Positions 24,643 to 39,498 of a stretch of 64,000 nt of DNA are shown here, in pieces. The translations under genes and the position numbers were made by a program. The stretch comes from Bigelowiella natans CCMP2755 (taxonomy: Eukaryota > Protista > Cercozoa). Positions within the stretch are counted from its first letter, which is position 1. Every line of letters starts with the position of its first letter. The notes beneath the pieces were generated by a model. It had not been told where the DNA came from. It saw only the letters and a program-made list of their open reading frames with translations, and made no database searches. The stretch is from assembly GCA_000320545.1 (NCBI GenBank), contig ADNK01001134.1:1-64000 (forward strand), written 5' to 3'.

Positions 24643-25743
24643 ATGCCCCGCGATCACCACCAACAACAAAATCATCACAATGGGAAAGCTGATCAAGAGG
24701 ATTATGATCACGATGATAAGGAGGAGGAGGAGGAGGAGGAGGAGGAGGAAGAGACAACGCACACGGTTTTCGGGTCAAAAACACCATTTGCAGAGCCGAA
24801 GGTAAGGTGTGATGAATCCATCAATGTGAACGTATATGATGTGTAAAGCGTGGTGAATCAATCAATGTGATCGAAAGATGACGATCCGTCGACGTCTTAT
24901 ATAGTATATTTCATCAAGATTTATTTGGTTGTTTGTTCAGTGGTACGACTCTCGCAACAAGAGCCCTTACTATACCGATGATCACAGGGCTTTTAGAAAT
25001 CAAATCCGAAAGTTGTCAAGAAAATATGAAAAAAAAAAGTTCAATTAATGGCTGGACCACATTTTCTTCTCTACATGTAACTTAAGCCTTTCCCCCCCTC
25101 CCCCCTCTGTTCTCCTCCTCCTCCTCCTCCTCCTCCTCCTCCTCCTCCTCCTCCTCTTCCTCTTCCACGGATGATAAGATTTGTGGATGAGGAGATAATT
25201 CCTCATGTCGAAGACTGGGAATTGAAGAATGCTATTCCCAGAGAGGTATTAGTAGTATTAGTAGGCTTGGCTCTGTTGTGGTGCTGCCTGTTTTCAGCCC
25301 ACAAACAAACAAACCAAAGTCAATAGAAATAATACAAAGATATGCATATCAAATAGACATCGCCACTCAAACTCTTAAACTTCAACACTTTGCTACTGTG
25401 TCACCTAGCCGTCGCTCTGATGGCGATTAGCAATGGGTTTGATAACGATAATTCATATAAACAGAAACCATATTTAATGATTGTGACAGATCTATGTCCG
25501 TGCTTATGAAGTTGGAATGATCCCAGCGGTACTTGTAGTTTTTGGCTATTGTAGAAGTAGTAGTAATAGTAGTAGTACTACTAGTAGTAGTAGGTAGTAG
25601 TAGTAGTAGTAGTAGTAGTAGAGTATAAGGAGATGGAGAGGAGGATGAAGAGAGCAATGTCGGTCAACTTCGGTATTAACACCTCCTTATGCTCCTCATG
25701 CTGGTGTTCCCTTTTTCGTTTGAACAATAGTCATCATCATAAT

Positions 25744-25778
<35 letters not shown>

Positions 25779-26170
25779 TAATAACTGACACAACTACTCA
25801 GGTGATAGGATGGCCTGAAGAGGTGGTGGGTCGTAAGCGGCCAAAAGGATTTGACGGCTATTTTGCCTTCATTTGCTTTGATGAATTGTCCAGATGTGCC
25901 TCGGTACTGCTACTAGTGGTAGTAGTAATAGTAGTAGTAGTAGTAGTAGTAGTAGTACTTGTTGTAATAGTAGTACAAAATAATAGAGTTGAAGATAGAA
26001 TAATGGATAAAGATATGCTGAAGATATTGTTGGGATGATGAATAATAGCTCTGCTTTGGAGTAAATATTTATCTTTTATGGGTGATACTTGAGCCATCAC
26101 ATCCAATTTATCGTCGTATTCGAACAACAAATCTGAGAGCAGAGGATACACAACGTCGCATAAAATAGCA

Positions 26171-26212
<42 letters not shown>

Positions 26213-26458
26213 TTCTCTCGCTTACACAAGGTTCATTAATATGTTTTTTTTCTCCTGTAAGTCACGCTGTATACTTCATTAAGCTATTCTATATATTTAA
26301 CGATAACTGGTTCGTGCTGCTACTATTCTCCTACTTACTTACTACAGGGAGGTGTTGTTTGGGGTTTGGTCGGAGGTAGTACTACTATGTAGTATATATG
26401 CATGCTTGTATTTATTATTCTGCCAAGCTTAGCTCTTAAACTTCACCATCTGGATGAA

Positions 26459-26523
<65 letters not shown>

Positions 26524-27469
26524 TACTCTTTCTCTCTGTGCATACGTATTTGTGTTTGGTATCCAATCATTGCTCCTGAAAAACGTTGTCTTCGATGACG
26601 ATAAGGACTCGGCATTGGTCTGCCTCCAGTCGCCCATTTCGGAAACGAAGAGATAAAGAAAACCATTGCTGGTAGGAGGGAGGGGGGGGGGGTATTATCT
26701 GTAAAGTAGCAGCGGCAGTAATATATATTCGTTTGTATGGATACAGGGCCTTGTCTTCGAGGAGAAAAGCGTATTGCTCTTGCTGTTAGCGAACCTACAG
26801 GTACTAGTACTAGTAATAGTGTTACAATAAAACATACACGTACATTTGAGATGTGTATGTGCGTATGGCATCATCTAAAGAATAAGAATAAGATCAGAAG
26901 AAGAAGAAGAAGAGGTTGATATAAACAATAATGGCTTCCAATGGAGGTGTTAGCGGATATGTGTATATTTATTATCTGGTCTCACTACACGTGAACGAGT
27001 AAAACCTGTTGTTGTGGTTGTTGTTGTTGTTCTTATTCTTTGTACCACTGACAAGCGGGAAGTGATGTAGCGAACTTGAAGACGACTGCTCAGGAGGTTG
27101 ATTATACATATATACACATATATATAAAGCAGGAAAAGGGATATGTTGGTTGCCAAAATAGCCCATCCTAACAGCGCGTCTTTAGTGTATTATTCATTTG
27201 ATTGTCTAGCTCATTGTGTTAAGTGTTAAGAAGAAGAAGTGAGTCAGTGTAAACGGGTAGTGTGAGGGGAATATAGGCAGCAATTTGCCAATATTGACTG
27301 CCTCATATTGAGATGTAGATGATGATTGGAATAGAGGGAGATATGTAGCCAACAGAACGAAAACCATATTCTCCATCAAATTTCAACCATCTTCTGCACA
27401 TTTATGGTGCCTATCATCATCATCATCATCATAATCATCATTCCTTCTGTTCTTCTAGTATGTAATATA

Positions 27470-27514
<45 letters not shown>

Positions 27515-28214
27515 ATTCTCCTTCATCTCTTACTATTACCTTCCTTTCTTTTACCCCTTCGTTGGTTGGTAGGATGGCGACTATTACATAGTGAATGGAC
27601 TCAAGAAATGGATCACTTGCGGACTTTTTGCAGACTATTTCACTACTGCTGTGAGAACAGGAGAGGAGGTGCCTGACTCGTAGCAGTATACCTAGTAGTA
27701 GATCATCGCAAAGGGGGGGAGGGGGGGGAGGAGAGCGAGAGAATGGTGGAAGTTATAGTATTCTTTCAGTGTTGTTGACCTATCATCGTTACGATCATGC
27801 ATAGTGGAAACTATCCAACTTGTTTGATTGTTGTCATCATTGTTGCGATCGGTTCTCATTATCATCATCATCATCATCATCGTCGTCGTCGTCGTCGTCA
27901 TCATTCTATTCACGCAATATTTGTGATTATCATAAACTCGAATGTTACTAAGACTGCCAAGTCTTCAAATAGTGCTGCTGCTTCATTGCCCCCCTCCCCT
28001 CCATTTTACTGCTTTTGGTGTACGACAACTCATAGCGGAGGCATTGCATATTTTCTTCTCTTTATTCGTATAACGGCAATTCCTATCATCATCATCATCA
28101 AACAGGGCTCTGGAATGATGGGAGTCTCCTTACTGCTCATCGAGAAATCTCGAAAAGGCGTAAGCGTGAGGCCAATGGACTGTGAGTAGTGTTTGTTACT
28201 AAATGTTTTCTCTT

Positions 28215-28252
<38 letters not shown>

Positions 28253-30425
28253 TTCCTCATAGTAGTAGTGGCAGCAGCAGTAGCAAGTAGTGTGTTATAG
28301 ATTTTCTCAAAGCTGTGTATGTAAATGCCTTGTGTGTTATAGATTTCCTCAAAGCTGTGTATGTAAATGCCTTGTACCGCTCATCATTCTCCACAAATGC
28401 TATCATCAAATTTGTGTTTTTCTTCCTCGCATCATTCACCTTACTATTAGTAGATAGTAGTTTAAGAAAGGTGGATAATCAGAATGCACACAAGCACATA
28501 TAAACTGTACACGTGTTACTATGGTGAATTTCGTAAACATCTGAAACGCTCCTGCCATCATCGTGATCATGATCACCAAACATGCACATCAACTATAAAT
28601 CAGGCATGGGCGTTAAAGGGAGTGGCACTGCGTAATACGATGAGAACAACAAACAACAACATCCATCACATATAAGCACGCACACACATACACACACACA
28701 CACACACACCTGTGCGGTACTTTTGTTTATCATCACAATGTCCATTAGCAGCGTAGTCGGTGGTCTTCTACCACATGCTATAAATCCCGCTCAAAAGTGC
28801 ATGAATCCATCCCATGTTGAATCGTGCATTCGATGATGAAAAGAAAGACAACACGAGGATGATCATTGGTGCTTGTTCTTCTCCCTAAGGACTGATAATT
28901 ATACTAGGTACGTGGAGTTTGATGATGTTAAAGTCCCAAAGGCTAATCTGATCGGAGATGTGACGATTTTGCTGCGAAACTTCGTAACAGAAAGGCTTGG
29001 ACTAGCAGTACAAGCTAATAGATTTGCACGTGGTAGGAATTACATCAGCATAATAATAATAATAATAATAATAATAAGGATGATGATAATGGTGATAACA
29101 ATGGTAATCATAGAATCATAGTTATTGAACCAGACTATCTGAAAGACAGCAAGTTAAAATGATTTCCTTTGATGACAATAGATTGAGCGTCCAAAGCATC
29201 TTATCCGAGTGGAAAGAATAATAATAATAAGAAGAAGACGTTCACTAAATTATTATATGAGAGTCTTTATCACATCACGTTCCATATAGTATCTACTACT
29301 GTGTTTAAAGCACCGTTAGCCAGAATATTTGCAGTAGTAGCAGCTATATAGTAAGTAACAATGGACATCCATCATTCATTCATTAAGCACATGACTGATT
29401 TTAGAGGCGTTGAGGCTGTCAATCGAGCACATTCGTAAGAGAAAGGTTTTTGGCAAAACCCTGGAAAAGCAGCCTGTGGTCCGTTATAAGATTGCTACCA
29501 TGGCTCGCATGGTAGAAACCACTCACGCGTTTTTGGAAGCTTTGTGCTACCGTATCGTTGTGGAGGAAAAGGATGGGGGGAACTGGCTTGAACCTCTTCT
29601 GAGGCTCGGTGCTGAGGCCGCTCTGGCAAAGGTAAGATAGTGTCAATGATTTTTTTGCTTTAGAGAACTTCTTTCCAATGTGTTTGGCGTTGAAGTTGCC
29701 GTATGGCAGTGGTGGTAAGGAGTAGCATTTATTGTTTCATATTGCTGATGATGGTTATTTGGTTTTCTTTTTGTATTTTTCCTTTTCCCATAAAGTCAAT
29801 TATTGGTAGCGTTGCTTATCATCGCTGCTCTTTGTTTGTTTTGTTGTCATCGTTTATCATCGATGTACTGCGTATCTGTTCTTAGGTACAAGCGACAAGG
29901 ACCTTTGAGCATTGTGCAAGGGAGGCAGCTCATCTATGTGTGTATTCATTGATTCATTTATTAACGCACAGATACCATCATAGTTGGTACATGGTCGATT
30001 AAGTATATTTCAGTAGTGTGAAATGAATTATTATTGCAGATGGAGGAAATGCTTATGTCAAGGGGAATCGAGTTGAGCACTTGTACTGCTGCTACGACTA
30101 GCACTATTTTAAACCTGTATTATTAGTATTAGATGTATTTTTTCACCCCCGTTCATCATCCGCATATAATTAACATGGAACACGCATAAATAACAATCAC
30201 AACTTTAGAGAAATAATTGACATTTTAGCAGCATCCTTGTCTTGTGCAAATCACTAGCAAGTCATGTGCATATCACCATATAAATCACATGATGATGGAG
30301 GATGACCTTGTTTATTGTGATTATTATGTAGATATCGGCAAGTCCTGTCCCTCGCTATACCTGGTGGTTCGGAAGATGTTATGGTCGATGCTGCAGCACG
30401 ATTATCGCTAAAGGGGAAGCTTTAA
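24643..30425 (+). CDS. Acyl-CoA dehydrogenase, many small exons
   Basis: FGSKTPFAEP|WY..SPYY..H, IALAVSEP..GSDVANLKTTA, VNGLKKWITCG, YVEFDDVKVP, RKVFGKTL..QPVVR, AIPGGSEDVM; ends LKGKL*. Confidence 0.92.
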
Positions 30426-31122
30426 TGTTTCATCCCCATTCTAGTGCAACACCATTTCAACATCGCAATAAGCGTGCTTAATCGTGATCAATGCAAACCG
30501 ACATGATACATTGCTGCTGTTTAGAAGCCCCATGCATGCAGGTTTTATGATTCATGATGCAAATGACATCTAGCATTTATTGCATTATTTGTTTCGAAAG
30601 CTAATATAACTGCATGATCGCTGGATCGATTGTGCTAGAATGAGTCGCAAATGCAAAGCCACAGCAGCATGTGGTCGCCTCACAGAGACACAAGATAGAT
30701 GGCTAATAATAAAGATGTCATCGTCACAACGTAACGCTGCTGTTCATGTACTCATGCACACGATTCCCTATAGCTCATTGCAACACATCATACACCGGTA
30801 GACAGCTGTGCATTTCAGATTTTCTTACACACGTACGCATGGAACGAACGAAGACGACGTCGATCGGAAGACATGTACATAGCAAGCGTTCTAGTGTTGT
30901 CTGCTCGCTGCCTTGTGCATTGTTTGCATGTGCCTGCTAGCCTGCCTACGCTGATAGAGCAATGCTATGACTAAGTGAGAAGCGCAGCTAGCGCATGCGT
31001 TATCAGCGCGACATTCCAATCTAGCAATGTACGTACGACGAACACATAAAAAAATGAGTTCCGGTGACTCGGCAGTCATCTTAACATAGTTATTGTACAT
31101 GTTTGATTTTATGCTGCTATCA

Positions 31123-33540
31123 TCACGAAGATGTGAGTCCTAAGACGTCCCTGGCATCTGCTATGAGATCGGCGTCTTCACTCGTTATGTTAAGCTCTTC
31201 GTCCGTTTTCTTAATCTCTCTGAGTTTATCGAGAATACCTAGCATCTGCTTGATTGTCGTCTTGTCAATATCAGCTTCACTCGCATTCTCATCGCCCATG
31301 GATGTATCTATAGTCTTCAGGACGTATCTACAAGTGGTGCTAACCACATAGTCAACCCATTTTTGCATGCAATATGCTGTCATATTCCCTCTTTCTTCTT
31401 CTTTATCCCCGCTATCTTTCACTTCCTCCTTCTCATCTAACGCGCTAATGCTATGGCGAGGATTGTTCTTCTTAGTGTGCTCCAATAATTCTTCCCAGTT
31501 TCTTGTTGCTGCAGGCTCTGATAGCATCTCCACAAAGCGCTTGATTATAATCTCGCTTTGCCGCTTCGAGGCGAACTCGGCAACCTTATCATAGCGCCAT
31601 TCTGGCATAGCCTCTATGTTAACCCAGTCATCAACTGCCTTTTGTATTGTCTCCACCTCTGCGCCTTCCATGCTACTTTCTACGGCTGTTATTGAAGTTG
31701 ATATAGCACTGATGTACTCCTCGTTTGACTTTAAATCAGCGTCGTGCTTCTCCGTTTCCGTCTTTGCCTTTTCTTCCCAGTCCTGTGTTAAATAAAGTTG
31801 AGCCAGGGATTTCAGCTGATACTTGATGAGGTTTTTACCATTCTTCTACTATCTATGTACAAACTAGAATGCAAACACTCACTTACTTACTTGCTTACTA
31901 CACGTGATTCGTCGTTGGACTTACTACAACTTCCAGAAACACAACCTACTCTTACTCTCTTATAAAGACTCTCATCATTCTTCTCTCCTGCCTCCCCCAC
32001 GGTACATCATTTCTTCTTTCTCGTATTGCGGTGAGATGACATAGAGAATAAAACGTTGTTCTTGCTTTTCACAACTTCGGCACTCGGATACCTTAATCTC
32101 CTTCATTTTGCTTTCACAACACTCCAACTGCCTTTTGACCTCTTTCTCTCTCCACTGAGCAATGGCTTTGCGATGATTTACCGCTCTCACATGCATCTTC
32201 TCGCATGACTCTCTCATACGTTTTCTTACATCATCGTCAACATCAATTGCCTTCTTTCCTTCAGCCAAAGTTATCTTTCCTGGTGGTTCTATGCCTTTTT
32301 GTGTCTCCTCATCTTTGGCATCCTCGAGGTATTTCTGCCTCGCTTTTTCCGCCTTTTCGGCTCTTGTTGCTTCGCCAGCACCCCAGGATTTTTTTACAGC
32401 TTCAAAGTAGGTCGTCTTAGTAACGTCAGTCTCCATCACAATGGGGTTATCGGAACTGATCATTATCTCCCAGCCAAGCTGTTCTTGTTGGTGTTTCTGC
32501 TCTCCTTGAACCGCCATGATTTTCTTTCCTTGTGATACTTGATGCAGTGGATCTAGTTGGCATGCAAGTAAGTATTTCTTGGAGCAGCCTAAAGGTATGC
32601 TCGGAAAGAAGCATTCTCCAATACGAGACATCTTTGATATATGCTTTGAGTCTCCCTTGGGCAGCCCTCCTTCAACTTGGATCTCATTAGCATCGTATAA
32701 GTTAACATGAAAGGCCGAAGTTCTGTCTGTGCAAGCGATTTTCACGCTCACAGGTTGCTGTTCCTCCCCCCCCCCCCCTGCAGCGGCGCATGAGATGAGC
32801 TCTCGGAACACCGTGTGTGTGTGATTCGGAATGTAGTCGCCGCTAAAGTAGGTGATACGAGGAAGACTGGACAGTTTGAACTCCATAAATGGCGCGACGG
32901 CAAAGAGCATTATTTTCCAATCGCCCGAATCCGTATCATGAGGAAGCCGTAGCGATGCAGTAAGCGAATACCTTTTTATGCGAAACGCAAGAGGGAAAAC
33001 AACATAGGCAAGTTACGGAAAACGGTACTAATCAGCCAAGAGCAGGTAGCGGTGGAATGAAGAAAAGACTAACAAGAGCGACGGCACGCTTTTCATATCA
33101 ATATCAGGAGCTGATGTTAATTGCTTATACCCAGATTCGTTGACGGAAAGAACCCTAGGAGCAGCATCAAGAAGAAGACTTTGTTGCACTTGTAACGTGT
33201 CGTTGTTGACCCAATGGAGAATGACATATGGGGCTAGAGACGCATCCAACATGTGCATGCAAGTTGACACACGGAACTTCTCTGATGCCAACTCAATGGA
33301 ACCCTCCTCCTTTACCTTAGCACCATCTTCGTTTGATGACGATGACTCGAATGGCCTTGCACTTATACTTTCCGGCACTTTGATTTGAATATTAAACAAA
33401 GTTATCCAGTCCCCCTTTTTTTTTCTGCCATATGTTCCCTCGCCGCTATAATGTACTACATCCCATTCTTTGGTTTCTTCTTTGTCGATCCATTTATACC
33501 TACCAAACATCATTCACTTTCAAATAAGATATAATGGAAA

Positions 33541-33578
<38 letters not shown>

Positions 33579-35816
33579 GAGAGAGGGGGGGGGGGGAGGG
33601 GGAGATGCTATGGTTGCCGGTACCCCTTTCCACTGCCCCATTCTAAGAACTCGAAGGCCTCATTTGCACATGCGAAGATGTAGCAACCGCATTCATTTGA
33701 TACGGTGACAGAGTATTGCTTTGCTGTATCGATTTGAACCGGCACATAACCAAATCCCGTGAAAACCCGTTGTAGAATCAATTTACGATTGTGGGTATAC
33801 CAATCGAATTCATGCACTGAAACGACATAAGAGTGTTCCAAGACTACTGTTTGCTGCTGCTGCTGTTCCTGATCCAGAGAAGAGGAGGAGGCTCCTCCTC
33901 CTTTGGTTGCGAGCGTACATTTCTCACCATTGTTTTCATCGTTCTTGAGTTCCTTCGCAGCCTCTACCGTGGCAACATCGCCAACACTTTTCGACTGAAG
34001 AGGTTCAAAATTTAAATGCACTGTGATAGTACTACTCACGCTAGCTGGAGAATCTTCATCCTCTTTCTCCTCCCCCCCTGCTGTTTTTTTGGTGGCATAA
34101 AGCAGATGGCGTGGCTGATTTGAAAAGGGCTTCTTCAAATCTGTCCATAAGTCTTTGATTTCATGTTTATGCTCTAATTTTTCTCTTGGGAACACTGTGG
34201 TATAGATGCAGAATCGCTTCCACGCACCGTGTATGCTCGAAGTCTCTTTGAACGAAAGCGTAGTAGGCTTCTCCTCTTCTTGTCTGCCGTCGAGTGTAAG
34301 CCGTTTTCTCCTCTTTTTAAGTCTTGGGCATAGGTTGGTATATTCCAACATGATCTCTTCTTTGCCTTGGTCACTCCCATTACCTTGAGCACCTTCTTCA
34401 TCCCCATTTTCTGTTCCTGCATTTGCATCTTTGCCTTCGTCCTTGGTTTCTTCATTTAGTTGTCCATTTTTGCCATGGAGGGGTCGTATCAAATAGCATC
34501 TTGGATGTGGAATGTGAATCCTGCGCTTCCGTGCCTTTGGCGTTTTTGGGATCTTCTGTTTCTCTTCGTTTTTGATAGCTGCTGTAGAGGGTTCGTCGTT
34601 CTGATCTTGACTACTATCACCAGCATCATTAGGTGCAGGGTTGTTCACTGAAGTAGCGTCACCCGCCTGGCCACCATCCTTCATATCCTTTTTTTCTTCA
34701 GTGACAGCTGCGCCTTCTCCGTCAGAACCCTTCCCCCCCTCTTTTTTTTCAGAAGTAGAAGAAGAAGGTATTTCTGCTGCTGCTGCTGCTGCTGTGTTGC
34801 TACTACCACTAGTTTGTTTCTCTTGGTCATCTGCGTCTTCTTTTCCATCATCATCATCATTTTGAGGGTTACCACTGCTACTATTGTTACCGGCATCTCC
34901 TATCTCTAGTATCTGCCTCACAGTAGGGCTCATGGGAGGACTTTCTGGCGGTGCGTCAGTAGAAAATGGAGGTTCTTCATACAAAAAAGCCCCTAAACAG
35001 GACTCCGCACTCAAGCTGTTGACCCAGCTGTTTTTCGTCTGGCAGGATGATGATTCAGATATTTCCCCATCTCCATCTTCCCCTTTTGCATCATCGTTAG
35101 CACCGTCAACGACCTGTTGTACTGCATGTTCTTGCGTCGTCCAACCGCATAAGTAATTCAGAAAGTTTGACCCGCCTGGATTACAATCCCATGGCTCTAC
35201 GTGGCAAAGAGCTTTCGCAATGATGAGCGGCCAACACTCCCCCGCATCAAGCCATCCCATTGACAACGGGAACACAGGCACTCCGTTCGCATCCACAGGA
35301 ACTCTATCGTCGATAATTACTGACCGCCAAGTCGAGTGGTAGAAGATGCGGACCACATACCTCCCATTTGATTGATAGATCGGGACTCCTTTCTTGTCTT
35401 GGGGATAGATGTTCCTCCACAAGTACTTGCCATTCGAAGGAAGCTTCTTTGTCAAGTGTGCTACGGCGTGTGCCACAAAGTTGAGTTGGCTGGTAAGATA
35501 TGTAGCCCAGTAGTTGTTTGTCCCTGATGAGAGATCCTCTTGCTGCTGCTGATTCTTGGGAACTCTAGGGGCAATCTGTGACGATACATATACAAATATC
35601 CAATCGCCATAAGAAGAAGAAGATAAGAATATAAAATGAGGATTACATACCATAATAGGATCTTTGATAGTTTCATCAATAGGGTCCTCCTCTTCCTCAT
35701 CTGGCTCCTCCTCTCGTCTCCTCTTCTGCAATTCGATCTGAGTTAATAATAACAACAGTCCATTAGTTGAAGTATCACCCACCTCATTTTACAAACATAG
35801 ACAGACATGCAAACAT

Positions 35817-35860
<44 letters not shown>

Positions 35861-36312
35861 CACACACACCGAAGACAACCTCTTTCTTCTGAATATCTGT
35901 ATATATTTCGTGTATTCTTCGCCAGCCGACAGTCACTTTCGCCAGGGTAGGGCAAAGCTTTGGTAACTTTTGCTCGAAAGTGGCACCTTCCAGTTTAGGC
36001 AGATTTCGGATAATACTTTCATCCCATTCCGGGAATGAATATAATTCGCATCGAGTTGTCCCTTCTTCAATTTTTTTTGCATCCTGGAGTATCTGACGCC
36101 ATGCATTGTAGTGATAGTTATGTATAAGATCGCGGTTCCAAAATCGTTAACAAAACTCAATTGATGATTCAATCATTCAATACTGAATACTGTAAGTGGC
36201 TATCGTAAAACTCGCTTATTGACCAATAGTCTTCATATTAGTTACAGACCTCTTGATCTTTCTTTCTAGATTGGAGAACGAGCTCCTCAGGAGCTTCAAC
36301 TTCTGCAGGCAT
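31123..36312 (-). CDS. Androglobin-like protein (calpain-like domain, C2-like domains, coiled tail)
   Basis: FPEWDE, GVPIYQSNGRYVVRIFYHSTWRSVIIDDRVP, WPLIIAKAL, VNNDT, GDYIPN..VFR, KKSW.AGE..RAEKA..AR.KYL resemble remembered ADGB blocks. Confidence 0.72.
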
Positions 36313-37248
36313 AGGACGTCTTCTCTATAGAAAGAAACAACCCGGAAGCGTACCACCCGCAGATAAAGTGAATCACAGGGAAGGACGGAACCTGCCCTGT
36401 ACTTGAAAGCACTTCGAGACGGGGCGCCTGATGTGACACAACACTTTGATTTTTGCGGTAAAGAGGTAGTCTTAAGCCTCCAAAATTTGGCGTGCCTTCC
36501 CCCGTTTGAGTGCAGTATTCTAAATGAAGATTGTCGTGGGAAATAACCGAATCACTGCAGGGAACAGAGCGATACGGGAGGGGGCAGCCACAGGGGCGTT
36601 TCTGGACGAGTAACGCTGAATCAGAAAACTAAGAAAGATTTATGTATATAAAATCAGCAATACCACATGAGATTTCTTATGTAGATAACATATTAAAGCT
36701 GTCGTTACTTTATTTTAGGCAACATCTGTATCGTTTTTCATTGATTTGATCTGAACCACTTGATCCCGATTTAAAAAAGTACCCCCGAATTATTAATGTT
36801 GGGTACATATTTTTCGGCCACGAGAACAGATGTTCCTCAGCCTATCTCCATGCAAGATGAGTCGTACGGAACCAGGAGTAAGCAAGATGTGCAACAGATT
36901 CATTATATTCAAAATAAGCGACAATGAATTAAACGTTTTTAGTCCAAATTTTCTTCCTTGGTATAGCAGACAAACAACTGAAAACCTTCGTTTAGGTAAG
37001 CTTTCCTGCCAGCTTCGCTCAGAGCAAAGCAGAGAAAATTTTTGAGGGCGAAGCTTGGGTCCTGTGAATGAGAGAGCGTCAAATTCTATCCACTAACTTA
37101 AGCAATGCGTTATCCTCCCTGCGCAAATTTATAAATGGGATGCCTCAATGGAGTGATAGTTTTAACAGCTGTGATAACTAAGTACATCCGCTTGATGCAT
37201 GCATTGTGTGTTGGAAAAAATCACGACGTAATTGACACTCTCCTTTAA

Positions 37249-38445
<1,197 letters not shown>

Positions 38446-39498
38446 AGTAGAAATTATCCCCTCGCAAATGGGGGCTTCGGCACATGCATAAAGGAAAAAA
38501 TATTAGGACGCTCCGGTGGTCACTGCCGATGCTACGTTACCTCAAATAAATTAGGTGTAGCTACTGGGACACTATTGTCAAAAATTAAAAAATCAGTAAC
38601 ACACAATAAAATGTTGCGTTTGCTTTATTGTTAACGCATAGCGCATGATGGACGTAGTTGCAAGGTGAGAGCGCTCTGCTACTATCTAAAGCTCTGGAGC
38701 TCAACTCGCTCTTTAATTATGTGCAGTCACAGCATCACAATAGACAGAAGTGTCTAGTCATGTACGTACTAGTAGAGTATGTTTACGACCCATTTGTATC
38801 GTTATATTATAGGGACTAATAAGTCCATATACGTGGGTACATGTGTAGTTGTAGGTACATGTGAAGTAGTTGACACACATGTCGCAGACGGCTTATTACA
38901 CACGCATAGGGACTAATAAGTCCATGTAATGTACATATACATTGCAACGTAACTCACAGAAACACATCATAGCGGAGACCAACAGATTCAACATAGCTTT
39001 GACATGCATGTGGAACCGCTGCATTGTACAGCTACATGAGGATGAACATTGAACAAATTTAATTGATTAATATTACATGCATCTTACACATACCTAGACA
39101 CAGCTAGACAGTTATGCCTTGGGTAGCCGCTACGTACGACTGCTGGCTACATGATTTATAAGTCGATGTTGCATATAATTATCCATGTAATAAGCGATGT
39201 GATTGAATATTTCTGGGCGTTGCAATAATGCCGGCAATGTAATAATGAAGGATGACATCAATATTGAAAGAAGTGACGTCTACAATATAACTAAATCTGA
39301 ATGATGCTGTCTTGACCTTTTACGACGGCATGATAATCTTTATGAGTCTAATTTTACTATAATCGCGCTGGAAGTATTCTGTCTATACTACCTACAGATC
39401 TTCATCTAAACTGAGGAAAGAATAGAATGGCTGCTTCATACATTTATGCTCACCACTCACCACACACCGCAATGAATTCGATAACAAATTCCACGCTA

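Noticed and set aside
30411-30425. C-terminal GKL of the acyl-CoA dehydrogenase as a peroxisomal PTS1
   Set aside because: Non-canonical variant; cannot be supported from sequence alone.
33028-33130. Apparent non-canonical CG acceptor or retained intron in the androglobin-like gene
   Set aside because: A single canonical GT-AG intron (about 33130-32972) gives ESGYSLTASLRLP..DWKIML in frame.
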